A stretch of DNA of 38,715 nucleotides from a virus. Taxonomy: Duplodnaviria; Caudoviricetes. The stretch is taken from positions 1 through 38,715 of the IMG/VR virus record IMGVR_UViG_3300032332_001579, one strand, 5' to 3'. Each line of letters opens with the position of its first letter. Position 1 is the first letter of the stretch. A model generated the notes under the pieces. It was not told the origin of the DNA, did not search any database, and saw nothing but the letters and a program-made list of their open reading frames with translations. Made by a program: the position numbers and the translations under genes. Below, in pieces: positions 1 through 9,329 of the stretch.

Positions 1-1579
1 AGTGGTCATCTGTAGATCTTGTACATCTTCCACACATTTGAATAAGGGTGTCTAACATTTTCATAACATAATGCTTCGGATTTCTTTCAAACATCTTTTT
101 TATACGTTTTGAACCTAGAGGGAGATAAGGAGCTTTCATAATAATTTGAAATCTCCCTAAATCTCCATCTAAACTAATACCCGTGTCTAAAGAAGGGCTA
201 ACTAAAATAGTATCTTCTCCGACCTGTTCTTTATGTTTATCTAAAATATCTGCATTAGTAGATCCTGCTTCTCGAAATAAAAATCTTGGATTATTTCTAA
301 CCTTCCTTTTAAGTGCTTCTGTAATAGCATGAGTGTGTGTATGTATAATTCCCTTTTCACCTTTATGCTTATCGCAAATATCTAACGCAAAATTGACAAC
401 TTTTGGTAAATCTCTCTCCATTGTCCTGAAAGATAAGCTATATTGCGAAGAGCTATAAATGGGTGATTTTTTAGGATCAAACGTTGAAGCTATTTCAACA
501 AAATCATATTCATCTTTATTAATACCTAAACTTTTAGCAAAAATTTCTGGATTGTTAATAGTTGCTGACATCATTAAAATTTTAGAAGCACCACTAAAAA
601 TATGTTGAGCTACAGGTTTAATATCGTAAGGAACAAAAGTTACTTGATCTGCATCCTTTTTTTCAACCAAATATTCACACTCTTCCCATTTATCTAAAAC
701 CATTGTCAATGAATTAACAATCTCTGTGAATTTACCTAGTCTCTGCATTTGTTTAAAATGAATGCCTGATAGAATGTTCTTTTTGTTATTCATCAAAGAC
801 ATTTTATGTTTTAAATTAACCCATTCATTTTTGATTTGAAGATATATATCTTGCAACCATCTTCCAGCTTCCTCACTATTATCTGAAATCAGTTTTTTAT
901 AACTAATATTTTCCGACTCTAAAAAGGCATAAGGAATTGTAATTGTATATTGACCAATTAATTCGTCTTCTATTCCGCTAGCTTCATCGCATATATACAT
1001 CTCTCTCTTTTGGAGAAAGTTCGGTAAATTAAAAAACGCTTTGTAATTTAAAACCGGATCAACCTTTGTCAGTGCCTCATTACGGGTTTTATAATAAGGG
1101 CATATATTTTTATCAAAACAATCTTGTTTTAATTTAGGAGAATATAGGCAAGGAGCAAAATTGACGGTAACATTAGGATCTACAGCACACATATAATTAC
1201 TCTTGCCTTTAATAGTCAGAGCTTCTGGAAATAGTGCTAGATATTGATCTTGTAAAGATTTAGTTACTGTTAATATAAAAGATCCAAAAGGCTTGTTATT
1301 TAAGAAATTATCTTCATATACATATCCACCATTTTTATCTTTTTTGTATATGCCATAATTTTCTATTATGTTTTTACGATCTTCATCTATCTCTTCTGCA
1401 GAGCGAGCTGATGCTATTCCAATGTGTGATTTACCTGATCCTGTAGGCAGACATACGATAGCATATTTTTTACCAGAAGAGAATATCTGGTCTATTTTCT
1501 TAAATGCTTCTTGTTGCTGGCTTCGCGGAGTATCTGACTTTGGAAAATTCTTTAAAAAATTAAATTTGTTCGTTTCCAC
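1..1579 (-). CDS. DinG/Rad3(XPD)-like SF2 helicase, C-terminus runs off the window edge
   Basis: Not in the ORF track. Segments translated by hand from GTG at 1579: METNKFNFLKNFP..PRSQQQEA (Q motif), LPTGSGKS (Walker A), KGKSNYMC..APC..C..CPYY (Fe-S-type cysteines), YICDEAS (motif II), MSAT (motif III), LIQMCGRCTRSTDDH (motif VI). Confidence 0.85.
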   Translation of the reverse strand, partial: METNKFNFLKNFPKSDTPRSQQQEAFKKIDQIFSSGKKYAIVCLPTGSGKSHIGIASARSAEEIDEDRKNIIENYGIYKKDKNGGYVYEDNFLNNKPFGSFILTVTKSLQDQYLALFPEALTIKGKSNYMCAVDPNVTVNFAPCLYSPKLKQDCFDKNICPYYKTRNEALTKVDPVLNYKAFFNLPNFLQKREMYICDEASGIEDELIGQYTITIPYAFLESENISYKKLISDNSEEAGRWLQDIYLQIKNEWVNLKHKMSLMNNKKNILSGIHFKQMQRLGKFTEIVNSLTMVLDKWEECEYLVEKKDADQVTFVPYDIKPVAQHIFSGASKILMMSATINNPEIFAKSLGINKDEYDFVEIASTFDPKKSPIYSSSQYSLSFRTMERDLPKVVNFALDICDKHKGEKGIIHTHTHAITEALKRKVRNNPRFLFREAGSTNADILDKHKEQVGEDTILVSPSLDTGISLDGDLGRFQIIMKAPYLPLGSKRIKKMFERNPKHYVMKMLDTLIQMCGRCTRSTDDH

Positions 1580-1802
1580 GCTTTATTTTACTAACATCTA
1601 CAACTTTACGCACGCAATTACATGGGACATATCCATAATTTTGATAGTCTCTCCCAGTATATCCCCTACCATAACATTTTTTACAATTTGAAGGAGGTAG
1701 CTTCATTAAAGGTACTTGTCCTACATCTATAATATCTATATCAGATTCTGGAAGGTCATAAAAAGTTCCAGAGAATATACTAAACATTGGTATTGCTTTC
1801 AT
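1560..1802 (-). CDS. small Zn-finger protein (CxxCxGxG...CxC)
   Basis: CKKCYGRGYTG and CNC motifs; overlaps both neighbouring minus-strand genes. Confidence 0.6.
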   Translation of the reverse strand: MKAIPMFSIFSGTFYDLPESDIDIIDVGQVPLMKLPPSNCKKCYGRGYTGRDYQNYGYVPCNCVRKVVDVSKIKRGNEQI

Positions 1803-2161
1803 ATTTTATTTGATGAATTGATTGTTAAGATTGAATTCCAAAATTTGTTGTTAGAATTACGAGATGAATATAGTTTTAAATGGGTTTCTATGTCTGGTGA
1901 TAATTTGGCTAATGTTTTTATTCTGTAATCGAAATATATTAAATCATCTTCTTCATGTATTTCAACGCCATAAGGAATTGGTATTTCAATTTTCTCTTTA
2001 GGTTTTCTGTTTGTATCCATTACAAACATCAAATAAAAGTTTTTTTGGTAAAACAAAACCATTTTACCTTGTTTATAAATTTTATTACCAAATTCTAAAA
2101 CAAGATTTTTTTGTAATAAAAATTTACACGCATCTTCAATTTTTGAACCGTTGATTGTCAT
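1799..2161 (-). CDS. hypothetical protein
   Basis: 120 aa ORF with ATGA-type 4-bp overlaps at both ends. Confidence 0.65.
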   Translation of the reverse strand: MTINGSKIEDACKFLLQKNLVLEFGNKIYKQGKMVLFYQKNFYLMFVMDTNRKPKEKIEIPIPYGVEIHEEDDLIYFDYRIKTLAKLSPDIETHLKLYSSRNSNNKFWNSILTINSSNKI

Positions 2162-2535
2162 TTGCTCATAAATGCAGCTTTTTGCTGTGCTGTCATTTTA
2201 CCTAAAACGTTATTAAAATATTCCCAAAATTTTTCTGGTGGTTTTGATGGAACAGTTGAAACTACTTCACATGCTTCAACTGGTATATTTCTCCAGTCTT
2301 GAAAAAATAAATCCCATACGGTTAATAAACCTTTAGAGGCTGCATTGTATGGAGCTGCTTTCACTGGTGGTTTAAAATTTAAAATTTTTCTACCTAATTC
2401 TGAATCTAATATAAAAGGGTCTAAAGTAGCTAACATGCGTCTTGTAGGCGGCATTACTCTGGTACGACGAGCAAATTTTAATTCTACTATGTTATTTAGA
2501 CATAGTGTTTTAAGTCCACCTATTGACAGTTTCAC
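2158..2535 (-). CDS. WYL_2/DUF2693-like (Sm-like SH3 barrel) phage protein
   Basis: VELKF..RRMLATL..VWDL..QDWRNI pattern resembles this phage family; 4-bp overlaps. Confidence 0.5.
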   Translation of the reverse strand: MKLSIGGLKTLCLNNIVELKFARRTRVMPPTRRMLATLDPFILDSELGRKILNFKPPVKAAPYNAASKGLLTVWDLFFQDWRNIPVEACEVVSTVPSKPPEKFWEYFNNVLGKMTAQQKAAFMSK

Positions 2536-2927
2536 TCAGATTTTTCTACAAATTTAGGTTCACATATTCCAAATATGCGTCCCTCACTCAAGAAAACTAC
2601 ATTTTTAATGTCATTCATCTTAGCTGCTTTGATTCCTTTGTCATTAGGAAACACAATGTAATCTCCTTCTTTTGTGGTTTTACAACCAGGTCCTGCTAAA
2701 ATAACTTTACCTATTCTCCAAACAAAATTAACAGTATTAATTGGTACCCATATACTACCTCTTTTAATTTCGGTGCCTTCTTCATTGACGTCGATGTATT
2801 GAACCATTAAAATATCATCTAGTACACTTATTAGTTTCCAATCTTCTAATTCTAAAGAGTGTCCTTGGTATTCTTCTAATTGTACTCTTCCGCCTACGCG
2901 ATCTTCTAGTTCTGGTCTTGATATCAT
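2532..2927 (-). CDS. groES: co-chaperonin GroES/Cpn10-like
   Basis: LDDILMV..GSIWVP..GKVILAGPG..KEGDYIVFP..LSEGRIFG follows the Cpn10 pattern. Confidence 0.75.
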   Translation of the reverse strand: MISRPELEDRVGGRVQLEEYQGHSLELEDWKLISVLDDILMVQYIDVNEEGTEIKRGSIWVPINTVNFVWRIGKVILAGPGCKTTKEGDYIVFPNDKGIKAAKMNDIKNVVFLSEGRIFGICEPKFVEKSE

Positions 2928-2932
2928 ATCTT

Positions 2933-3325
2933 TTATTTAATTGATGTCTTGAGTTCGTCAAGGGTCTTATTGTAAAAATTAATTTCTCTTTGAGATATTT
3001 CCATTTGCGAACAAATTTCTGTGTCTTCTTTATTGTTTGGTGTTTTAAGACTTTTTTTCAAATAATTTATACGACTATTAATGCGTGGCAATAGAACGCG
3101 GTAAAATTGACACAGCGATTGTGGATTCTTGGCTAAATCTGATTTAGTAATCCATCTGTTTGTGGTCGCATTGATAATTTGTGCAATTGTATTGTCTGCC
3201 ATTGACAGCCATCTATTAAACACAAAACTATTAGGAAAGTTTAAACTATTGGTGTCTTTAATTGTTTTTTTTAAGACCCAATTTAAACAATCAAATAGAT
3301 CATCATTAAACTTTTTTTTAATCAT
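2933..3325 (-). CDS. gp62-like clamp loader small subunit
   Basis: SFVFNRWLSM, YRVLLPR..YLKK, EISQRE resemble T4-like gp62; size 130 aa. Confidence 0.55.
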   Translation of the reverse strand: MIKKKFNDDLFDCLNWVLKKTIKDTNSLNFPNSFVFNRWLSMADNTIAQIINATTNRWITKSDLAKNPQSLCQFYRVLLPRINSRINYLKKSLKTPNNKEDTEICSQMEISQREINFYNKTLDELKTSIK

Positions 3326-3897
3326 TAAATAATGACCTTAGTAGTAGCTATAAAACAACTTTGAAGTGTGTCGTAAAAAGTATCTTTTACAATTTTAGCC
3401 AGATTATCTACCTGTTCATCTTTTAAATTAAGTGAAAATGCAAATGAAGGTGCTTTAGAACCTGCATTTATATTAACAGCTAAATGCCCTAGTGCTACAT
3501 TACCATCAACAACCTTGGTAATGCTAACACTTGCCTTACCTAAATTTTCATCACCTGGTCTACGCATCATAATATCATCTCCTTCTACCATGACTTCGAA
3601 AGGACCAAAATAACCCGAACCTAATAATTCTCCAATGTTCTGTGCAAACAATCTTTGAAAGAAAACTGCTCCCATAGGACAAACATTAGGAATCTCCCAA
3701 CAAAAATTCAAAGCATCATCCGAATAGATAAAATCATTATTAAGCTTATCTTCCAAATCAATAAGATTATCGGTAACATCCATGTTGCCTCGAAAGGCTG
3801 TGATAATGCCTAGTGGATTATACTCATCTTTAAAAAGTTCATATCCAAAACGTTTGTGGATTAGTGAGCCATCGTAGTCTTTAATGTCGTAATTCAT
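3325..3897 (-). CDS. DUF366 family protein (biotin/lipoate-ligase-like fold)
   Basis: YDGSLI, AFRG, LIDLED..IYSDDALNFCWEIP, FQRL, GDDI, KASVSI, GHLAVNI motifs recalled as typical of DUF366. Confidence 0.65.
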   Translation of the reverse strand: MNYDIKDYDGSLIHKRFGYELFKDEYNPLGIITAFRGNMDVTDNLIDLEDKLNNDFIYSDDALNFCWEIPNVCPMGAVFFQRLFAQNIGELLGSGYFGPFEVMVEGDDIMMRRPGDENLGKASVSITKVVDGNVALGHLAVNINAGSKAPSFAFSLNLKDEQVDNLAKIVKDTFYDTLQSCFIATTKVII

Positions 3898-3899
3898 AG

Positions 3900-4556
3900 T
3901 TATAATATAAAGTATTTCTTTTGTCTTTTCAAGCGGTTATTTTCATTTTTATCTTTAAAGGTCAACATATTTGTGCTTTGATATATGGCTCCTTCTGGCA
4001 TTAATCTATCACACAGTTCTGTCTTTATTGAAGAAAATGAAGAATATTGTTTATCCCAAAATATAGTATTATCTCCTCTAGCTACGAAGATTGTGTGATT
4101 GTCTATATCATAAAGCCAAATACCGTAAGTTCCTGATATATTTTCAAGAGTCTTGGTGAATGTTTTTAAAGGATCATTGATTTCTTTATAATAATTGTTG
4201 TATAAAAATGGAATCCATTGGCTATCTACCGGAAATTCTGTTTTCCACTTACATTTTAAATCTGTAGTGTTTATTAAAATGCCATTATGAGCTGCAATTG
4301 CATTTCCATAGCTAAATGGATGACTATTAGAAAAATTTCTACCACTTTCATTTGTAGTAGGTGCTCTATTATGTCCGAGATTGTAAATGGATGAAACTGG
4401 ACAATCTATAGGTGAGGTGACTGTTCTAAATTTTTGAATATTAAAAGAATTAACACCTATATGAAGACATCCATATCCAGAGGTTCCTCTAACTTTATTT
4501 GCCTCGTGTAAATTGTAAAATTCTGATGGTGTTATAGATCCGTATATGCCACACAT
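3900..4556 (-). CDS. class II (Ntn) glutamine amidotransferase, stand-alone
   Basis: N-terminal MCGIYG (Cys nucleophile), RG, GHNRAPT, HPF, AHNGIL, VDSQ, GTYG. Confidence 0.85.
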   Translation of the reverse strand: MCGIYGSITPSEFYNLHEANKVRGTSGYGCLHIGVNSFNIQKFRTVTSPIDCPVSSIYNLGHNRAPTTNESGRNFSNSHPFSYGNAIAAHNGILINTTDLKCKWKTEFPVDSQWIPFLYNNYYKEINDPLKTFTKTLENISGTYGIWLYDIDNHTIFVARGDNTIFWDKQYSSFSSIKTELCDRLMPEGAIYQSTNMLTFKDKNENNRLKRQKKYFIL

Positions 4557-4557
4557 A

Positions 4558-5262
4558 TTAAGGTTTGTATTTTAATTTAAACTTTTCTGCACTTTGTTTC
4601 CAACCATCTGACATCATACTATCTCCCATTCCAAAATGCACTGCTTTAATAGGATATACTCCCATTTTTAATTTATTTTTATTAGCTCTCAAGCAAAATG
4701 AAAGATCATAGTGATGGAAATCAAAATCTTCATCAAATCTAGTGTCTGTATCCAATAATTTAGATACATTAACTGCTAAAAACAATCCATCTAAAATTAA
4801 TGCCCTAGAATCTGTAGGACCGAAGACAGAGGTCCAACAATTTTTATCTTTTGAATGGGTAACTTCTCCAACCATTTGATCTCGTGGAGTCATAAGATGC
4901 CATGCTGGCATTGGTGCATTTAAATCACAAGTCTTTGAACCTGCAAGGCCTACAATGTCGTATTTGTAAAAAGCTAAATCTAATTTTTCATCAAAAAATA
5001 AATCTTCAACCAAAACATCATCATGCATAAAAATTATTTTTTTATGCCTGTTTGATTCATTTATGAATGCATTGTAATTCCACGGCAATCCTTTTTTATT
5101 ATTATAGATAATAGAAGATCTGCGATCCCATCCAGATTTTTGTAGAAAGAAAGAAGCTGGTGATTTCTCATTAAAGTGTTCTTTAGAATGAGGGGTTGCA
5201 ATAACAATTTGGTAATTGTTAAAATCAAAATGTGGAGTGTGACCTAATACTATTTCGCTCAT
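4558..5262 (-). CDS. GT-A fold (GT2-like) glycosyltransferase
   Basis: IIFMHDDV (DxD-like), GLAG, LDGLFLAV, FDEDFDFHHYDLSFCL; ATG at 5262 overlaps the queC stop (ATGA), so preferred over 5274. Confidence 0.75.
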   Translation of the reverse strand: MSEIVLGHTPHFDFNNYQIVIATPHSKEHFNEKSPASFFLQKSGWDRRSSIIYNNKKGLPWNYNAFINESNRHKKIIFMHDDVLVEDLFFDEKLDLAFYKYDIVGLAGSKTCDLNAPMPAWHLMTPRDQMVGEVTHSKDKNCWTSVFGPTDSRALILDGLFLAVNVSKLLDTDTRFDEDFDFHHYDLSFCLRANKNKLKMGVYPIKAVHFGMGDSMMSDGWKQSAEKFKLKYKP

Positions 5263-5969
5263 AAAGGTTTGCAATTATAATCTTTCCATGGAATATATGT
5301 ACTATATTTAATAGGATCAATATATTCTGCTTCTATAAATCCTTGGATTCTAGAAGAACATGCTGTGCATTTACCACATGCTTCTTCTAAACCATTGTAA
5401 CAGGTATGCGTGTTGACAAAATCTACTTTATTAGATATACCTTCTTTAATTATGTCTGCTTTGGAGTATGTAATAAAAGGAGCTTTGATTTCTATACGGT
5501 TACGCCTATTTAAACCAATGGTCTTATTCATTAAATCTAAAAAATCCAAAGAACAATCCCAATGCCCACTATGAGTATCTACTTCCGCTGCTCCATAATA
5601 AACAAAAGAGGAATCCGTTGATTCTGCTATCGCTGTGGCTATAGACAAAAACATCATGTTACGGTTCGGAACATAGGTAACAGGTTGAGGATCTCCTAAT
5701 ATTTCTTTAACTTCTGGCACTTTCAAGTCTTGGTTTAAAAGAGCTGATGTATTTAAAATATCACGCAAAAACTCCATTTCTACTATATGATGGGGTATAT
5801 TTAAATTTTGACACTGAGTAAGAGCCATATCAATCTCTCTGTTATGTCTTTGGCCGTAGTTTAAAATTAAAGCTAAAGGTGTTGTATCTTTCAATGCTTT
5901 GTATAAAAGACACGTTGAATCTAAGCCACCACTAAATAATACAATAGATTTCTGTTTTTTGCCTTCCAT
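5259..5969 (-). CDS. queC: 7-cyano-7-deazaguanine synthase
   Basis: SGGLDS PP-loop, YGQRH, YVPNRNMMFLS, DCS, TCY..CGKCTACSSR Zn site; start placed at ATG 5969 rather than 6065. Confidence 0.92.
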   Translation of the reverse strand: MEGKKQKSIVLFSGGLDSTCLLYKALKDTTPLALILNYGQRHNREIDMALTQCQNLNIPHHIVEMEFLRDILNTSALLNQDLKVPEVKEILGDPQPVTYVPNRNMMFLSIATAIAESTDSSFVYYGAAEVDTHSGHWDCSLDFLDLMNKTIGLNRRNRIEIKAPFITYSKADIIKEGISNKVDFVNTHTCYNGLEEACGKCTACSSRIQGFIEAEYIDPIKYSTYIPWKDYNCKPL

Positions 5970-6004
5970 GAGATAAATATAACATATATTGACAATGAAA
6001 TCTA
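5970..6004 (-). promoter_or_regulatory. sigma70-like promoter of the queC operon
   Basis: TAGATT-N17-TATATT with TGn extension; -10 box is 6 nt before the ATG. Confidence 0.45.
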
Positions 6005-6573
6005 CGCCTAAAAAAATTAAATTTTCTAAAAAAAATCCTGCAACTACCATACCTCCTACTTGCAACTGTGTTAAAAAAGAGGTAACTCGTATTTTAGCTT
6101 CAAATGCAGGAGTTTTAGATGAGGAAGCTGTACCCTTTGCTCGTAGTTTTTATTCAATTTTAATAAAAGAAGCTGAAGAAAATGTTGAAGTAAAAGCTGT
6201 AGAAGAATTTTCCCCAGAACAAGATAAAGAAGCTTTTGAGCAATCTTTAGAAGCAGAAACCCCTAAAGACCAATTTGATATTGAAGGTATCTCACCTAGC
6301 ATTTCTAGTGAAAATATTAAAAAAGTTAACGAATGGGCTGGTAAATTAGATGAATTTGCTAGCTTTCTCAATGATCCTGCCAATAGAGAAAGCTTACATA
6401 AAATTTTAGCTGATGCAGATAGACCTGGTAGTGTTTTAAGAGGTGTTACTCGTAAAACTTCAGATGCAATCACCCGTGTTGCTGGTGAAATTAAAAAAAT
6501 AGGCGAAGTATTAAATTCCTTCGTTATTATGGCTCCTAAGAAACTCCGTGACACCGAACAGGTGACTGGTTAA
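5995..6573 (+). CDS. hypothetical acidic, helical protein
   Basis: Long ORF, the only plus-strand gene in this minus-strand block; stop overlaps the primase stop; start uncertain. Confidence 0.7.
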   Translation: MKSTPKKIKFSKKNPATTIPPTCNCVKKEVTRILASNAGVLDEEAVPFARSFYSILIKEAEENVEVKAVEEFSPEQDKEAFEQSLEAETPKDQFDIEGISPSISSENIKKVNEWAGKLDEFASFLNDPANRESLHKILADADRPGSVLRGVTRKTSDAITRVAGEIKKIGEVLNSFVIMAPKKLRDTEQVTG

Positions 6574-7535
6574 AAATAAAGAGATTTTAAAATAGTCTCC
6601 TTAGTTATTTCTACTAAGTTTTCTTTAACCGCCCATTCATTAAAATCTTTGTAAAGATTTTCAGCGGGCCATTTAAATACTTTTTGTTTCTGTTGTATTA
6701 ATTTAACTATATTTTCTTTAGAAGCTGTATCCTTTTTCGGATTATCTAAGACCCATATCTTCTCGTGAAAAGGAAATGCATTAAGTTGTGTATGCTGTGC
6801 ATCTGTCATTGTTAATCCTGCTAGTGCTACACCGTTTTTAACAAACATAGCATCTATAGGACCTTCAAAAATAAAAATGTAAGGTATATCAGTATCTATC
6901 CTTTCAACTCCAAAAACTGTTTTATCGCATCCTATTTTGTTCAAATATCTTGGTTCTGAACCATCTAAAGCTCTTGTCTGATAAAATGATATCTTATTAT
7001 CTAAATTGTAATAAGGTATGCACAACCTATTTTTGTGCATCATATCTGTTAAGCTAATGTAATAGTTAGGATTTCTGTTAACTGCTTTGTCTATTTTTCT
7101 TGATTTAATATAATCTATCGATTTTTCAAAAAAAGGATTTATACTATAAAAATTTGACTGCTGTGGGTCTTCTATGTTAATAGAATCTATAGGTAATATT
7201 GATAAAGTTTTTGCCTTTTTGTTATTAGGTCTATCTACGGTATCTGTAATATCTCTTGTAAACTCACCTGTAAATGCTTCAGTTTCTATTTCTTCTTTAG
7301 TTTGTCCAGCAACTTCACTTATCCAGTTATAAGCATTCCAAGATTGACAGCAATTGAAACAATAAAAACTACTAGTATCAGGATAAAAGTATAATCTTTT
7401 TTTCTTTAGCCAACTTTTACCCTCTCTACATATACAACACGACCCATTGTATATATTCGTATATTTGTTATATACTGGGTCTCCTGCGTAGGCGAAGAAC
7501 TTATTTAAAACATACGGAGCAGGTAATTTCTTCAC
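6570..7535 (-). CDS. DNA primase (T4 gp61-like)
   Basis: Zn ribbon CCIC..CFNC, RLCIPYY, YQTRAL..RYL, TOPRIM FEGPIDAMFV, WVLDN, KDFNE. Confidence 0.9.
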   Translation of the reverse strand: MKKLPAPYVLNKFFAYAGDPVYNKYTNIYNGSCCICREGKSWLKKKRLYFYPDTSSFYCFNCCQSWNAYNWISEVAGQTKEEIETEAFTGEFTRDITDTVDRPNNKKAKTLSILPIDSINIEDPQQSNFYSINPFFEKSIDYIKSRKIDKAVNRNPNYYISLTDMMHKNRLCIPYYNLDNKISFYQTRALDGSEPRYLNKIGCDKTVFGVERIDTDIPYIFIFEGPIDAMFVKNGVALAGLTMTDAQHTQLNAFPFHEKIWVLDNPKKDTASKENIVKLIQQKQKVFKWPAENLYKDFNEWAVKENLVEITKETILKSLYF

Positions 7536-7570
7536 CCTTACAGTATATTATAAATTTTAAGGATTATCAA
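7536..7570 (-). promoter_or_regulatory. sigma70-like promoter of primase
   Basis: TTGATA(7570-7565)-N17-TATACT(7547-7542)-N6-GTG. Confidence 0.6.
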
Positions 7571-8376
7571 TAGTTATCTTCAACTGCGCCTCTTTCGCGC
7601 ATTGCTTCTCTATAAGCATCCTCTACATCTGAATCGTAATTAAGAGGATTGTCTTCTTCATCATCTTCAATGTCAAGAATAGGTGTACCTAATGTTTTTT
7701 CATCTTCGGCTACGTACAACATACCACCCTCTCTTTTTAATCTGCCTTTATCTACTAATGAAACAATAACGCTTCTTATTTCGTCATCTGTCATGTCTTC
7801 TGTATCTGGATCTTCTGCTAATTCTTTACGGATAACATCTGCTGATTCCTTATTATCATCTGTTCCAGCAACTCTATCATAGATTCTTTGTTCGATTGAA
7901 CTTAAAGTATCTTGATCCTGTTCTACTTGTTTTCTAGATTGTTCAGACCGTGATACGGTTTGAGTAACTTCTTTAGAAACTGGAGCTGCTGTAATTTTAG
8001 TCAATCCATAGGCTTGATCCGTAAGAAGATTGGCAATTACTCTTGTAATTTTAATTCTTAAATCTTTACGATTTGTTACTTGACTAACTTGTGATTCTAT
8101 ATTACCTATGAGATCTGAATAAGAAGAAGCTGGAGTGTCTGTTAATTCTTTAGCAAGACTAGTTAAAACACCCTTTAATTTTTCTTCTGGTAAACCACCC
8201 ATCCAAGATTTGGAAGACCATACTTTAACTAATTCATCTAAATCTCCACTATTGAGTTTGTTTTCAAAAGCTGAAGCGTCAATCTCAATATTGGAATATC
8301 GATCAGTTTTTTTAGTTCTCCCTTCTGAAAAAACTTCAGAGGTTATTTTTTCGCAAAGTATATCAAATTTTAACAT
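7567..8376 (-). CDS. hypothetical acidic protein with possible C-terminal winged helix
   Basis: 269 aa; IRSVIVSLVDKGRLKREGGMLYV resembles wHTH; N-terminus MLKFDILCEKITSE. Confidence 0.65.
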   Translation of the reverse strand: MLKFDILCEKITSEVFSEGRTKKTDRYSNIEIDASAFENKLNSGDLDELVKVWSSKSWMGGLPEEKLKGVLTSLAKELTDTPASSYSDLIGNIESQVSQVTNRKDLRIKITRVIANLLTDQAYGLTKITAAPVSKEVTQTVSRSEQSRKQVEQDQDTLSSIEQRIYDRVAGTDDNKESADVIRKELAEDPDTEDMTDDEIRSVIVSLVDKGRLKREGGMLYVAEDEKTLGTPILDIEDDEEDNPLNYDSDVEDAYREAMRERGAVEDNY

Positions 8377-8392
8377 TTAATTTACTTACCCT

Positions 8393-9022
8393 TTAAGGTG
8401 TCGCAATTAAACTTTGTTCTTCGCCATATGGCTTACCTTCAGGCGTAATATAAAGTTTAGTGAGTTCTATTCTTTGTTCTTGATTTCCAAAGATTTCAAT
8501 TATAGGTGGTGCATCACCTTGTGGGAAAATTCTACCATCTTCTTGATGATATGATTGTTGAAATACTTTAAAAATATTATCTACCTCTTCCCTATATTGA
8601 GGATCTGTGTCTCTCAAGTCATCGTTCACTATTGTAACTGGTGATGAATTTGTAATAGGAAGAAAAAAGATTACATCTAATAAACGCAAAGTTTCTCGAG
8701 TCAAAATACGCGATTCATCTAAAAATTTTTCTGATACCTTATCTTTTAAATGTAACCAACTAGAATATGCTAGATTATCTAATACGCATCTATCAAAAAT
8801 GACATTATCTTTTTTACTATATTGTGTAGCTTGTTCTGCTAAAAAGTCTAAAATCATTCTTTGAGACTCTTCTGTGCCTTCCCTGTTACAAGGTATATTT
8901 TTCTCTTTAATTAAATCCCTGTAAGTAGTTTTTGGGGTTTCATACATCGGCCAATTTTTTAAAAAATCTTGGATATATGTTGATTTGCCTATACAGCTAG
9001 TTCCTACGACTGCAATTTTCAT
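8393..9022 (-). CDS. P-loop kinase (AAA_28/NadR-Ttd14 or dNMP-kinase-like)
   Basis: GTSCIGKST Walker A; IFDRCVLDNLAYS. Confidence 0.75.
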   Translation of the reverse strand: MKIAVVGTSCIGKSTYIQDFLKNWPMYETPKTTYRDLIKEKNIPCNREGTEESQRMILDFLAEQATQYSKKDNVIFDRCVLDNLAYSSWLHLKDKVSEKFLDESRILTRETLRLLDVIFFLPITNSSPVTIVNDDLRDTDPQYREEVDNIFKVFQQSYHQEDGRIFPQGDAPPIIEIFGNQEQRIELTKLYITPEGKPYGEEQSLIATP

Positions 9023-9294
9023 ATGTATGGTATATTTTCTAATGTTTCTGGAAATAAATCAACTATTTTTTTTGAAATGTCATCATGCAATGAATCTTCT
9101 TTAAAGATATACACGTTTTCTGTTAAAATTTTGGGATGTTTCTGTCTTATGTTTTTAGCTAAATCGTAGCTTAAATCACACTCATCTTTGCACCATCTAC
9201 TGTTAATATCTACTGAGCTATGAAACAACAAAGATTCTAAGACTATCTTTAATTGTTCTTTTGTTAAATTTAATTGGATTCCACTTTCACTCAT
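9019..9294 (-). CDS. hypothetical protein
   Basis: 91 aa ORF, 4-bp overlap with the kinase gene. Confidence 0.55.
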   Translation of the reverse strand: MSESGIQLNLTKEQLKIVLESLLFHSSVDINSRWCKDECDLSYDLAKNIRQKHPKILTENVYIFKEDSLHDDISKKIVDLFPETLENIPYI

Positions 9295-9329
9295 ACCCTA
9301 ATTTAGGATATTGGATTATTTTGGCACTG

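Noticed and set aside
5970-6065. N-terminal extension of QueC given in the ORF track
   Set aside because: It overlaps the divergent gene and precedes the expected QueC start; promoter spacing supports ATG 5969.
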